Shown here: positions 11,563-20,874 of the stretch, in pieces
Position numbering within the stretch: position 1 is the stretch's first letter
Layout of the letters: each line of letters begins with the position of its first letter
Source: Barthelona sp. PCE
Lineage: Eukaryota
Direction of reading: 5' to 3'
Length of the DNA: 64,000 nt
Assembly (NCBI GenBank): GCA_040285745.1
Contig: JAUFOR010000003.1
Span: 124,001 to 188,000, forward strand
Notes under the pieces: model-generated
Databases searched by the model: none
What the model was told of the DNA's origin: nothing
The model's input: the letters and a program-made list of their open reading frames with translations, nothing else
Made by a program: the position numbers and the translations under genes

Positions 11563-11849
11563 TGGCCCTGATCAGGACGATCCTGTAATTGATTTTGAAT
11601 AGAGAATGGAATAGAACGTATGCGGGTGTATTTCAATTTCTCACCATTTTAAGGTTTCCTATTTATTTTATTGTATTATTTAGTAATTGAAATACTACTT
11701 TTTTTCAGATGTATGGATTTCCAAACTCTGAAGAAGGTACCCGTTTGCGGCACCATATCCGAACGTCAGTGATGAGACTAGGAAAAGAAAATCATCCTTA
11801 TAAACAATAGGAGAAAATGTGTATTCCTATATCTCTGTAGTCATGGAAA
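11563..11849. repeat. Left flank L1 with direct-repeat module (11654-11795)
   Basis: TGATCAGGACGATCCTGTAATTGATTTTGAA through CAGTGATGAGACT is shared with 32624-32928. The inner module GTTTCCTATTTATT...CAGATGTATGGA..TCCAAACT is also at 14300 and 38483. Confidence 0.9.
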
Positions 11850-13970
11850 CTATTCATTATGATAATGCTCATGATAATCGGGCATGTGGTACTCAACGAT
11901 GGACGCCTCGGCCAGGAACGATGGAAGGTGGAACGTTTCCACTGTGGAATTGATCGATTCCGGGTCTTCCTCAATATTGTAAGTTTTCAACACCATTGTC
12001 TTGGTCTCTTCTTCGTATTTCATCTCCTGAATAACGTTGTTAGGCAGATTTGGATCGCGGCTTATATTCACAAAAGTGAAACTATTGTTAGTGAAAAATC
12101 TTGTTTTGATAGCACCATCTTCAACGTATGCTTTAATGATACCACCCCTCACGTGTATGTATGAATCACCCACGAAATTACGTAAATAGTTGCCTTCCCC
12201 CGCTTCATCATCATATGATCTCTTCCAAAGGAGAACAGGCTCTAAGAAGCTTCCTGTTGACCAATCTAAACAGTGTAAATGTTGCGTTGTTGCAGCCCTA
12301 CTGCGTGTACATACAACAAAAAGCTGATGATCAGGTGTTTCAGCCAATGGACGAGGGTTAAAGTAAACATTACATGTATATCCAGGTTTAAAAACAATGT
12401 GCTTTTGAACCTCCACGTTATACCCGTTGACATTGAATTGAAAAAAATGGATTGCTTCATCACATACAATGCATGCTGAATTATCAAAATGTGAACTATG
12501 AACACTTTGAACATGAATATTCGGTGGAAGCTCTAAAATCAGCTCACTTCCCAAATACATCAAGCCTGCACGATCCTCAAGACGGTCAACATTGACAGGC
12601 AACCCTTGAATAAAACCACGGTTTTTAGAGCCACAATGAGGCAAAATGGTTGTGATGGGTTCGGATTCTGAGCCGTCCCAGTGAATTTTGACATATGTAT
12701 TTGTTTCACCATCCTCTACCATTACAAAAAAATCATCTTCTTCATTTGGAACTGATCGGATCTTGTACCTCATACGCGGTTTTTTATACCCACGCAGCAC
12801 AATAAGCTTCCTTTCTTTGAAAAAAAAGTAATATCTTATCGAAGAGTAATTATTATACACTTCCGCTATTCCATCAAAAAAGATGTTAGATGGCTGAAGA
12901 CTGTTCAAACACACAACCTCATTATCAACTGGTTTGAATTTGATTGAGCCAAAACGTCTTCGTCTTCCATAAACACCATAAAAAACACAATCTTCATCAT
13001 AAAAGTAATTATCGTTCAAGTCTATATGTTGCAAGTCATAGCAGAATACATCCCATAAATTCTTTTCACTCTTTGACATATTCAATTCACCGTTTTCGAT
13101 ATGAATTACCACAAATCTTTGTCCAAATTCAATAAGTAACATTGACAAAACATCTTGGGTGAGCGTCAATAATGCAAAATTAGAGTCTCTGTCAACTTTC
13201 AATCCTTTAAGCTGCGGAAACCTTTCTGTCAAGTTAACTTGGTTCCTCTGAGCATCAAATACTATTAGTTCATTAATTCTACTGTGCCTGTGAAAGCTAA
13301 CTAGGCAAGTGCAATCCGAGTTGTAACACCACATGATGCATCTTGAATCAATACTATACAACTGCTCAATATCAAGTTCATGTGCCTCGTCCATGTCATC
13401 AACAGAAAAATTGTAATGCCATATGGTATCATCTTGGCATTTCTTTAACAAAATGTAGTTTGCTTTGATGTTTGATTCAATTAAGTCATACTCTCCAAGA
13501 CATCTATATTCGTCGGTTAGCACATTTAATATGTAGCACTGCCTCATTAGCCTATCGAAATCATTAATGGTGAATAGTAGGTGGTTTTCATCCATCGGAA
13601 TCATTCTACCTAATAGACGTATATTTGGATTGTTCGCAAAAGGGAAGGGTATTCTCCTTCTTGTATGTTCATCACTCATGATATGATCAAATAATAAGAT
13701 ATCAAAATGGGTTACTAAACGATTTTCACGAAGCTCTTCGATGATCATGTAAGATTCTCCAGCTCTTTCCTTGTATGTGTACTTGAGAGGCTCACGCGTA
13801 TTCTCCACGTATCCAACGAAGTCCTTGCCTTCAATAGCGCTTTCAATGAGGCTTATATATTTGTTTTCTCTTGACTTAAGCAATACTACGCCCTTTCCCT
13901 TAAATATCATCTGCCCCTCAGGATAAGCCTGCATGACAAGGTCATCCTCGAATTTACGAACCCTAGGCAT
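11850..13970 (-). CDS. MPRVRK-family hypervariable beta-rich (putative beta-propeller) protein, copy 1
   Basis: 706-aa ORF collinear with copies 2 and 3. No signal peptide or TM segment. The fold is inferred. Confidence 0.85.
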   Translation of the reverse strand: MPRVRKFEDDLVMQAYPEGQMIFKGKGVVLLKSRENKYISLIESAIEGKDFVGYVENTREPLKYTYKERAGESYMIIEELRENRLVTHFDILLFDHIMSDEHTRRRIPFPFANNPNIRLLGRMIPMDENHLLFTINDFDRLMRQCYILNVLTDEYRCLGEYDLIESNIKANYILLKKCQDDTIWHYNFSVDDMDEAHELDIEQLYSIDSRCIMWCYNSDCTCLVSFHRHSRINELIVFDAQRNQVNLTERFPQLKGLKVDRDSNFALLTLTQDVLSMLLIEFGQRFVVIHIENGELNMSKSEKNLWDVFCYDLQHIDLNDNYFYDEDCVFYGVYGRRRRFGSIKFKPVDNEVVCLNSLQPSNIFFDGIAEVYNNYSSIRYYFFFKERKLIVLRGYKKPRMRYKIRSVPNEEDDFFVMVEDGETNTYVKIHWDGSESEPITTILPHCGSKNRGFIQGLPVNVDRLEDRAGLMYLGSELILELPPNIHVQSVHSSHFDNSACIVCDEAIHFFQFNVNGYNVEVQKHIVFKPGYTCNVYFNPRPLAETPDHQLFVVCTRSRAATTQHLHCLDWSTGSFLEPVLLWKRSYDDEAGEGNYLRNFVGDSYIHVRGGIIKAYVEDGAIKTRFFTNNSFTFVNISRDPNLPNNVIQEMKYEEETKTMVLKTYNIEEDPESINSTVETFHLPSFLAEASIVEYHMPDYHEHYHNE

Positions 13971-14450
13971 GAATAGCCGTGATGAAGTAGGTGAATATTA
14001 AGATAGCATGTATATGTTAAATATTAATGATTGTAAGTGGCATATACAAATGATATAATACATGTGAAGCGTAAACAGAAAGCGCAAATGTGAAACAGAA
14101 CTGCATTCGCAATTCTATCCCCTCACACATTTATTGATGTGGTTCACAGGGCTTGTAGCGCGTGACACGTAAGATTTTGGACGCGTGCGGGCATTGTTTT
14201 GATTGTGGGGCACTTTTTAGCTGCGTTGTGGGTGCGGATGCAGATAATATATTTGAGTGTTTTGCAGATGAGCTACAACCCAAATTTTATTCTTTTATGG
14301 TTTCCTATTTATTTTTTGTACTATCAATATTGAAATACTATTAACTTTCAGATGTATGGACTTCCAAACTTAATTCTCTGTAAAGAGTCTGTTTACTCTC
14401 CCTAACTACCCGTTAACATGGATGAGACTCTGGATGAAAATCATGATATA
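13971..14450. repeat. Right flank R1: upstream region plus direct-repeat module (14300-14444)
   Basis: Near-identical to 38156-38637; 14239-14377 equals 38422-38560 exactly (139 nt). Confidence 0.9.
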
Positions 14451-15092
14451 GCTTGAAAAATCTATTTGGAGAAAGTTCATGTACTTACCACTCAGTCTAG
14501 GTCTTTCCATCAAAAATTTGTGAATAAGCTATCTAGAGTGATCGTGTTGCCCCTGGCTGTCTGTTGATGTCTACTGAGAGTAAAGAAGACGAGAAAGAGG
14601 TGGAAAACGTAGATTTACCTCTTTTGAGACTTATAATTTTGTTTATTTTTAAACTATTGTGAGTGTAGGTACGATGTACCTGCGTCCTCAGTAGGCTCGT
14701 CTTCTTCTGAATCCCACTCTGAAACTCAGTAAACACATTAGCAAGTTTTGCTCCTTTGATAGAGTAACATGCACTCGAAGTAAGAATCATAAAAGATAAA
14801 AAATCTTTTGCGTTTTTTCTACCTTATGTAAAATTTTAACCAACCTTATGCATGTCGCAATATAAATGGTTCTCTTTACTGTCTGCACCGAAATTATAGA
14901 CTTACTGTACACAATTTGAATCCCTCCCAAGCAGGTTCAGTTTGTTACTATTCACATCTGTTTAGAGACAAAATTCATTTGTTTAATCGATGAAAAAGCC
15001 ATAATTCGATGCAATAATACGGAAAAAAGCTTGATCTTAGACAATCAATCGATATTTGCTATACATTTTCTTTCCCATCTCAGGTATTTAAA

Positions 15093-17633
15093 ATGAGAAA
15101 CAACCTGGCTTTTACATTTCTATGCGTTTTTGCATGTTCATATGGGTTTTATTATAAAGGGAATGTTGAAATGCATAAATGTGGATTCACTGCAGCTTTA
15201 TCGATCAGTCAACCTTCGTTAGGTCTCAAAAATGTGACACTTGCCCCAGCACTTTCAGCACAGTTGCGTTGCTTAAAGAAAGGAGGTTTTAGATTCGAGG
15301 TCAAAATTCCTGGTGGTTCAGGTCACTCGCTTCCTTCACAAGGTTTTGGAAAGTTTGAGTACACCGATGAGCTTTCTTCCAACCTTAAACTATACGTACA
15401 GAAGTCTCCATTTGGTTTTGAGATCCGTAATGTATATACAAACGATGTTATCTTTGGAACAATGAATGCCTTAGTACCATGGGAGTACGCTGCTGACTCA
15501 TCATATTTCAGCATTCCGACGTACATTCCCGATTTCTCCTATCTTTTTGGTTTTGGTGATCGCAACAATGATCCCCTCTTGAATGAAAAAACGCCTTATC
15601 GCATTTGGTCATACCCTGCCCCTAAAGGTTGCCTGCCTGGTTTGGAGAGCTGTTACTCGGCACATCCAGTAATCCATGTGCTTTCCAAAGATGGGTTCGG
15701 ACGTGTATACTATCAACGTAACTCACATGGTATGCAAGGACGACATCTGCCATCAAAGAACGCGTTTGTGTTCGAGGCACTTGGTGGAGACTTCGATCTA
15801 GTTTTCTTCAGTGGAGCAATGGATGATGCCATCTCCCATTACACAGATTTCATTAGTGAAGGTCAAAATCTTTTACCTCCAATGTTCATGCTCGGTTTCG
15901 GTCAAGCACGCTGGGGGTGGGACTCCACCGATGCCGTGCGTGATCTTGTCAGGGGTTATCGTGGTGCAGACATTCCCTTTGACCATGTTTGGTTCGATAT
16001 TGACTACATGAGCGAATACAAGGACTTTACATTTGGGCCTACATTTACCGATATGCCCAAACTGGCACGTGAACTGCGAGATGAAGACGTTCATCTTGTT
16101 CTTATTGTAGATCCTGGGTTGGCTGCCGATGATAAATACGATTTTTACACCGATTCTTTGGCATCGGGTGGTCTCATCGCAGATCCTGACACTGGAAAGC
16201 CGTACGTTGGCAGCTGTTGGAGCGGTAACAAGACGGTATGGCCGATGTTTGGAGCTGATGAACCATTTCAACCTGTGTGGAAAAAATATTTAAGTGCTCT
16301 GGTACCGTATGTCAGCGGATTTTGGATAGACATGAACGATCCAAGCAACTTTGCAACCAAAAGCAACTTAATTAAGGATTGCAAAGGTGTTGACAAGGTA
16401 ACACCTGCCTGTCCTGCCTTTATGCTCCCCGGTCTTGTCTCCCTCGATCAGTCCACTATCCCAATGCATACTGAAACAACCAAGGGTAGGTTCGACCACG
16501 TGCATAATTTATATGGTCACTATGAGTCTGAAGGAACGCGTACTGCAGTCGAAAGTATCACTGATCGACGTTTCGTAATAACAACCAGAGCTCACTTTTC
16601 AGGCAGCGGTAAGTTCGCCTACAGTTGGCTTGGTGACAACTTTTTGACATACCATGACCTGGAGAAGAGTATTTCTCGTCATTTCATGGCGCAGGTCAAT
16701 GGTGTACGTATGACAGGTCCCGACATAGGTGGCTTCTTCGGCTCTATGGATACACCTGGTAAAACAACACTTGTTGCACGCTGGCTGCAGCTATCCTCGT
16801 TCTATACCATGAGTCGTATGCATAAGGCAAAGATGTTCGATTTCATTCCACCTTATGAAGTACCCTTGTTTACTTCAGTTGCCAAACGTGCTGTGCTGTT
16901 CAAGTACGATCTCTATCCGCTCATATATTCCCAACTGTATCACGGTGAACCTCTATTCTCATTGATGTATACCAGATTCCCCCAGATGTACAAAGTTTTT
17001 GATCAATTGATTTATGCAAATAACCTTATTGTGTGCCCCATTGTTTCTGAATCATCCAAACGTAAATGTTCACTACCAGCTCTTAAGGGAGGTAATCTGA
17101 TTTGGTTTGATTTTTATACCGGAAGTAACGTTGGTGGCGGTGACCTTACAATCTTTAATGATGTTGAGGACCTACCAGCTGCATATATGCCGAGTGGTTC
17201 AATTATGTTATTGCGCAATATGACTGAATTCACGCAGAAAAATCAAGTACATACAATTCGAGACACTATTAAAGCACCTTTTATCATCCGCGGAGCCGCA
17301 CTGCCCCTTAACAATGGTGCAGCGGGCACCAGTCTTGGTGAAGGAGTGTTCCGTGTTGTTTTAGATGCAGCTGAGAAAACCATTGAAAAAGAAAAGGTTC
17401 AAGGCTACATAAACGTTGGTCAAAACGATCTCTCTGTTGTCATGAAACAATGTGATGGTCCATTTTCAGGTAACTATGTAGATAGAATAGAAATAGCTGG
17501 TGTTCCTTTTGCGATCCACGTCATGGTTAATTACAAAGATTACAGTACATTTACACATAATGACGATGGATTCTTGACAATATATTTGCATGAGATGCGT
17601 CTTTGTGACATTTCTCACGTAAGTTGGCACTAG
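15093..17633 (+). CDS. Glycoside hydrolase family 31 alpha-glucosidase, secreted or lysosomal
   Basis: Signal peptide, WFDIDYM, LIVDPG, nucleophile motif WIDMNDPSNF, HNLYG, acid/base motif WLGDN, GPDIGGF. Confidence 0.92.
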   Translation: MRNNLAFTFLCVFACSYGFYYKGNVEMHKCGFTAALSISQPSLGLKNVTLAPALSAQLRCLKKGGFRFEVKIPGGSGHSLPSQGFGKFEYTDELSSNLKLYVQKSPFGFEIRNVYTNDVIFGTMNALVPWEYAADSSYFSIPTYIPDFSYLFGFGDRNNDPLLNEKTPYRIWSYPAPKGCLPGLESCYSAHPVIHVLSKDGFGRVYYQRNSHGMQGRHLPSKNAFVFEALGGDFDLVFFSGAMDDAISHYTDFISEGQNLLPPMFMLGFGQARWGWDSTDAVRDLVRGYRGADIPFDHVWFDIDYMSEYKDFTFGPTFTDMPKLARELRDEDVHLVLIVDPGLAADDKYDFYTDSLASGGLIADPDTGKPYVGSCWSGNKTVWPMFGADEPFQPVWKKYLSALVPYVSGFWIDMNDPSNFATKSNLIKDCKGVDKVTPACPAFMLPGLVSLDQSTIPMHTETTKGRFDHVHNLYGHYESEGTRTAVESITDRRFVITTRAHFSGSGKFAYSWLGDNFLTYHDLEKSISRHFMAQVNGVRMTGPDIGGFFGSMDTPGKTTLVARWLQLSSFYTMSRMHKAKMFDFIPPYEVPLFTSVAKRAVLFKYDLYPLIYSQLYHGEPLFSLMYTRFPQMYKVFDQLIYANNLIVCPIVSESSKRKCSLPALKGGNLIWFDFYTGSNVGGGDLTIFNDVEDLPAAYMPSGSIMLLRNMTEFTQKNQVHTIRDTIKAPFIIRGAALPLNNGAAGTSLGEGVFRVVLDAAEKTIEKEKVQGYINVGQNDLSVVMKQCDGPFSGNYVDRIEIAGVPFAIHVMVNYKDYSTFTHNDDGFLTIYLHEMRLCDISHVSWH

Positions 17634-17638
17634 TAAAA

Positions 17639-18337
17639 TTAAATAGTATTAGTTGTTACGGGAGCGGGACCTTCGACACTACGACGACGACGACGACGAC
17701 GTGCAGGTCTCATTCTTGCTCCTGGGATGATATTGCCGTCTCCATCTCTTGCTACTTGCACCTGCTGCTCCATTGGCATTTGCATTGGAGAATAACTGAT
17801 AGTGCGTTCATTTGATCTCGGACTCATTGCTGGACTCATTGCTGGACTCATCGCTGGGCTCATCGGTGGGCTTCTACTTCTGCTACGACTCCGACTGCGA
17901 CTTAAAATTTCTATTGCTTCATTAGTCATATTGGGCTCATTTCCAACCAAATTTAACAAACCAGGTCCTTCTCCTGAGTTACGACGGGGTCTGATTCTTT
18001 CTCCTGAATTACGAAGAACTGTGCTGGCGAAGCTTGCAGCAGGTGGTGGTGGTACCATAGGCATAGGCGCAGTGACTTCTCCTGAATTACGACGACGACG
18101 ACGACGAGGAGTTGATTCTACGGTTGATTCTATGGTTGTTAACTGTTCTCTTTCAGCCAATTCTCTCAATCTTAAAAGTTCTGCAACACGAGAATCGCTG
18201 TTTGCAAGTTTTTGCTGCAAATCCTTCATCCTTTTTTCTAAAAGTATTTCATTCTTTTGTTTCTCCATTAATTGAGCTTCCAGATCCTCAACTCTTCCTT
18301 CCAGGTAATCTGTTCTATCGTGTGTGACTTTGGGCAT
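17639..18337 (-). CDS. Coiled-coil, Arg/Ser-rich low-complexity protein; probable paralogue of 57497-58150
   Basis: 232 aa with an N-terminal coiled coil, three RNSGE repeats, an SRSRSRSRS tract, SPAM repeats and poly-Arg. Confidence 0.7.
   Translation of the reverse strand: MPKVTHDRTDYLEGRVEDLEAQLMEKQKNEILLEKRMKDLQQKLANSDSRVAELLRLRELAEREQLTTIESTVESTPRRRRRRNSGEVTAPMPMVPPPPAASFASTVLRNSGERIRPRRNSGEGPGLLNLVGNEPNMTNEAIEILSRSRSRSRSRSPPMSPAMSPAMSPAMSPRSNERTISYSPMQMPMEQQVQVARDGDGNIIPGARMRPARRRRRRRSVEGPAPVTTNTI
17820..17867. repeat. 12-bp coding tandem repeat (GGACTCATTGCT-like x4) encoding PMSPAMSPAMSPAMS
   Basis: Directly visible. (ACG)n poly-Arg microsatellites are also present near 17682-17701 and 18090-18107. 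Confidence 0.85.
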
Positions 18338-18374
18338 CTGTTAGAGGTATTTTTTTGTAATTCATCACCATCAC

Positions 18375-18988
18375 CTAACTCGATGAATTGTTCAGGTAAA
18401 ACACCTGTTTTTGAGGCCTAGATGATGTTACACATAACAATTTTACTGTGACTGACTTAGCAAAGAGCAGTGATTCCTTGAAACCTGCATGAAGATAATC
18501 TGGAAGCTTAGTGTAACCCTCTGCAAATGCGATACGGATCATTTCTGAATTCAAAAGTGTTTGTCTTCCTCAGATTCATTCCTAAAATGTGTTTCGACAG
18601 CAGCACAGTTGAGATACGTAATTGCACTTCTAACGCTTCTTGATTCCATTTCCTCTTCTTCAACTTCTGGAGAGACTCTAGGCAGTTTGAGTATTATTGG
18701 AGATAAGTCAAACGCAGTTCGTGAAGCATTTCTACTTCTTAAAGGGTAGATACTTTTAAAAAAAGAAAAATAATTAATAGCCCCCGAATGTGTTTGATTT
18801 TGTTGTAGCTCCAGAGAAAGTGAGATTGTAAGATCAACTGGATCATTGGGTGAATAGTTAAAATGACGCGAATCTTCAAGCACACTTGCGATATAACCAA
18901 CCAAACCCTGAACTTTGTCATCTATTTCTCTTACATTTTCAAAAAAAATGGCTACAGTTCCTAGACCAATTGCACCGAGATATGTTAT
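18375..18988 (-). pseudogene. Possible disrupted gene in two offset coding-like frames
   Basis: One frame reads ITYLGAIGLGTVAIFFENVREIDDKVQGLVGY...EDKHF with no 5' ATG. A second frame continues GRQTLLNSEMIRIAFAEGYTKLPDYLHAGFKESLL to a stop at 18375. Confidence 0.3.
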
Positions 18989-19110
18989 CTACAGAGTTCT
19001 CTTTATCATAATTCATTATTGAAGGGAGGAAACTGTGGTACAAAACTACTTTCGAAGATCCTCATGAGTGGCTGATTTAATGTTATCACATTATTACATA
19101 ATTACATTTA

Positions 19111-20472
19111 TCAATCGCTTGGAATTAAATCTTTGATATTCGCAACTATGTTTTGAACGGTGGGCGATTCCCTATCGGTGCAATGCATGTACAACTGCAA
19201 AAATGCGTCAATAGCTCTATCCAATTTTTCAGACATGTCTTTAGACTTTTCAGCCAACAAAAAATCACAATCCTTCAAAAATACCCGCCCCACGCCGTCC
19301 ATGTGGGTGAATTCAACATACAACGTAATTCCATCTGCAAAGATAACCTTAAACATGTAACCTGTACTATCAATCATAACTGTTTCAACTGGTCCACTGT
19401 GTATAACATACGACTCACTGAAACAGTTGGACTTACTGAATATCCTTAATCCAGTATCATCACACAATACAAAGTACTGATCGTATAAAAGTAACTGCGG
19501 TATCCCCTTTCCCAAGGCGCATACACATGACTGGTACATATACCACGTGTTATTACCACTATCCAGTGCATATAACTCTAACTCAACATCAATGATTTTC
19601 AATCGTGATAAAGGCGTATAGTGTCCTGCGCTCAGCTTAAACAACATCATTTCACCAGCTACTCCACCGGGTGCCCCGTAGAAGCAAGCATTGTCCTCCT
19701 CATCAATAATAACCACTGCAGTATCCATAGTGGTGAAGCTCACAGAGATAACATCACAGGTGTGTGTGTATACATAACTTTCTAACCCCTTCAAGCATGT
19801 CACGGCTACTGTGCGCCCGTGCCCATGCGCAATGTGGGTGTCACACAAACCTGTAACTATGTATTCATTAACTGATGGTGAGGGTACAGAAACAATTTGT
19901 GTATCCCGCGTAAGTGTGTAAATATCACTATAAACGACCCCGTGACTTTCATCTACACGCTGAACAACGGCAAAAATTGAATTATCTAAACAAAACAAAC
20001 TTGGAAAACCGCCATTGAAAAGTATCTTTTCATATTTACCATTACCTTGTCTAAAATCGTACTGGTACACAACACTACCATATGTGAAAACAACATGTGT
20101 GTTTGAAACAGTGAAAGTATCAACAGAAAATGTTACTTCCGGTAAAAATTCAGTTTGTCCACATCTATCAATAACAAAAACTCGCCCATCAACGCCAAGT
20201 GCTGCCATCCTACTGCCGTCATCACTTAAACAAATTTGTGAAGCGCTACAATCACAGCTACAAAGCAAAGTTCTTTTTTTGAGATCTAACAAATTGACCC
20301 TATTCTGTTCGGCAACCGCTAATGTGCTCTCGTCCTTGGAAGTGGCTATATGCTCAATGCTTGAAAATTCTGAGACTACAACAAGTTCTATCTCTAACCA
20401 TTCCAAATAATACTCTTGAATGTGATATAATTCCATTTCTAATATGTTGCCCCTTCTGTGCAACCTTAGCAT
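19111..20472 (-). CDS. WD40-like beta-propeller protein
   Basis: 453 aa with blade-like repeats (IEHIATSKDESTLAVA, SQICLSDDGSRMAAL, HTCDVISVSF, HSGPVETVMID). Confidence 0.7.
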   Translation of the reverse strand: MLRLHRRGNILEMELYHIQEYYLEWLEIELVVVSEFSSIEHIATSKDESTLAVAEQNRVNLLDLKKRTLLCSCDCSASQICLSDDGSRMAALGVDGRVFVIDRCGQTEFLPEVTFSVDTFTVSNTHVVFTYGSVVYQYDFRQGNGKYEKILFNGGFPSLFCLDNSIFAVVQRVDESHGVVYSDIYTLTRDTQIVSVPSPSVNEYIVTGLCDTHIAHGHGRTVAVTCLKGLESYVYTHTCDVISVSFTTMDTAVVIIDEEDNACFYGAPGGVAGEMMLFKLSAGHYTPLSRLKIIDVELELYALDSGNNTWYMYQSCVCALGKGIPQLLLYDQYFVLCDDTGLRIFSKSNCFSESYVIHSGPVETVMIDSTGYMFKVIFADGITLYVEFTHMDGVGRVFLKDCDFLLAEKSKDMSEKLDRAIDAFLQLYMHCTDRESPTVQNIVANIKDLIPSD

Positions 20473-20874
20473 TTCTAAATCTTAACCAAAAAAGCTGAAA
20501 GAGGATGATAACAAAAAGACAGCTTGAAGCGATGGTGAGCTTTTTCCGGCTGCTGGACATGGAAAGTCGTACACTGCCTAACAAACGGCCAATATGAGCC
20601 CTAAAAATTTATTGTAAAACAAAACTAAAATTCATGAACTTGTTGAGCTTCACGGAAAGCGAAATTTCCATCTTTGACACACACAATATTTGAAGAGCAC
20701 GGGAGGCTGCGTTGCAGGCAGCACACAGCGCGAACCTGGTGTTATCAGACGTGCACGAATGCGTGCGCACGAGAAACACCGAAAACATGAACTATTCACC
20801 AATATTTACTTTTTCACATTTGAATTTTGAACAAAGTAAAGTAATTGTGTGTTTATTAAGTGATCGCGATCCGC

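Larger units (their letters stand above)
11563..14450 (-). mobile_element. Repeat-bounded cassette 1 carrying one MPRVRK-family gene (putative non-autonomous mobile or duplicated unit)
   Basis: The left flank matches 32624-32928 and the right flank matches 38156-38637. Both flanks hold the same direct repeat. No transposase or convincing TSD. Confidence 0.45.

Noticed and set aside
17802-18275. 157-aa plus-strand ORF with GLIA repeats
   Set aside because: Antisense reading of the repeat-rich minus-strand gene, which has a paralogue at 57497-58150.
18338-18344. Splice-like signals near starts (CTAACAG before ATG 18337; GTAAGC near 58169; GTAACT near 26342)
   Set aside because: No matching partner site giving a sensible spliced product; cannot be supported without transcripts.
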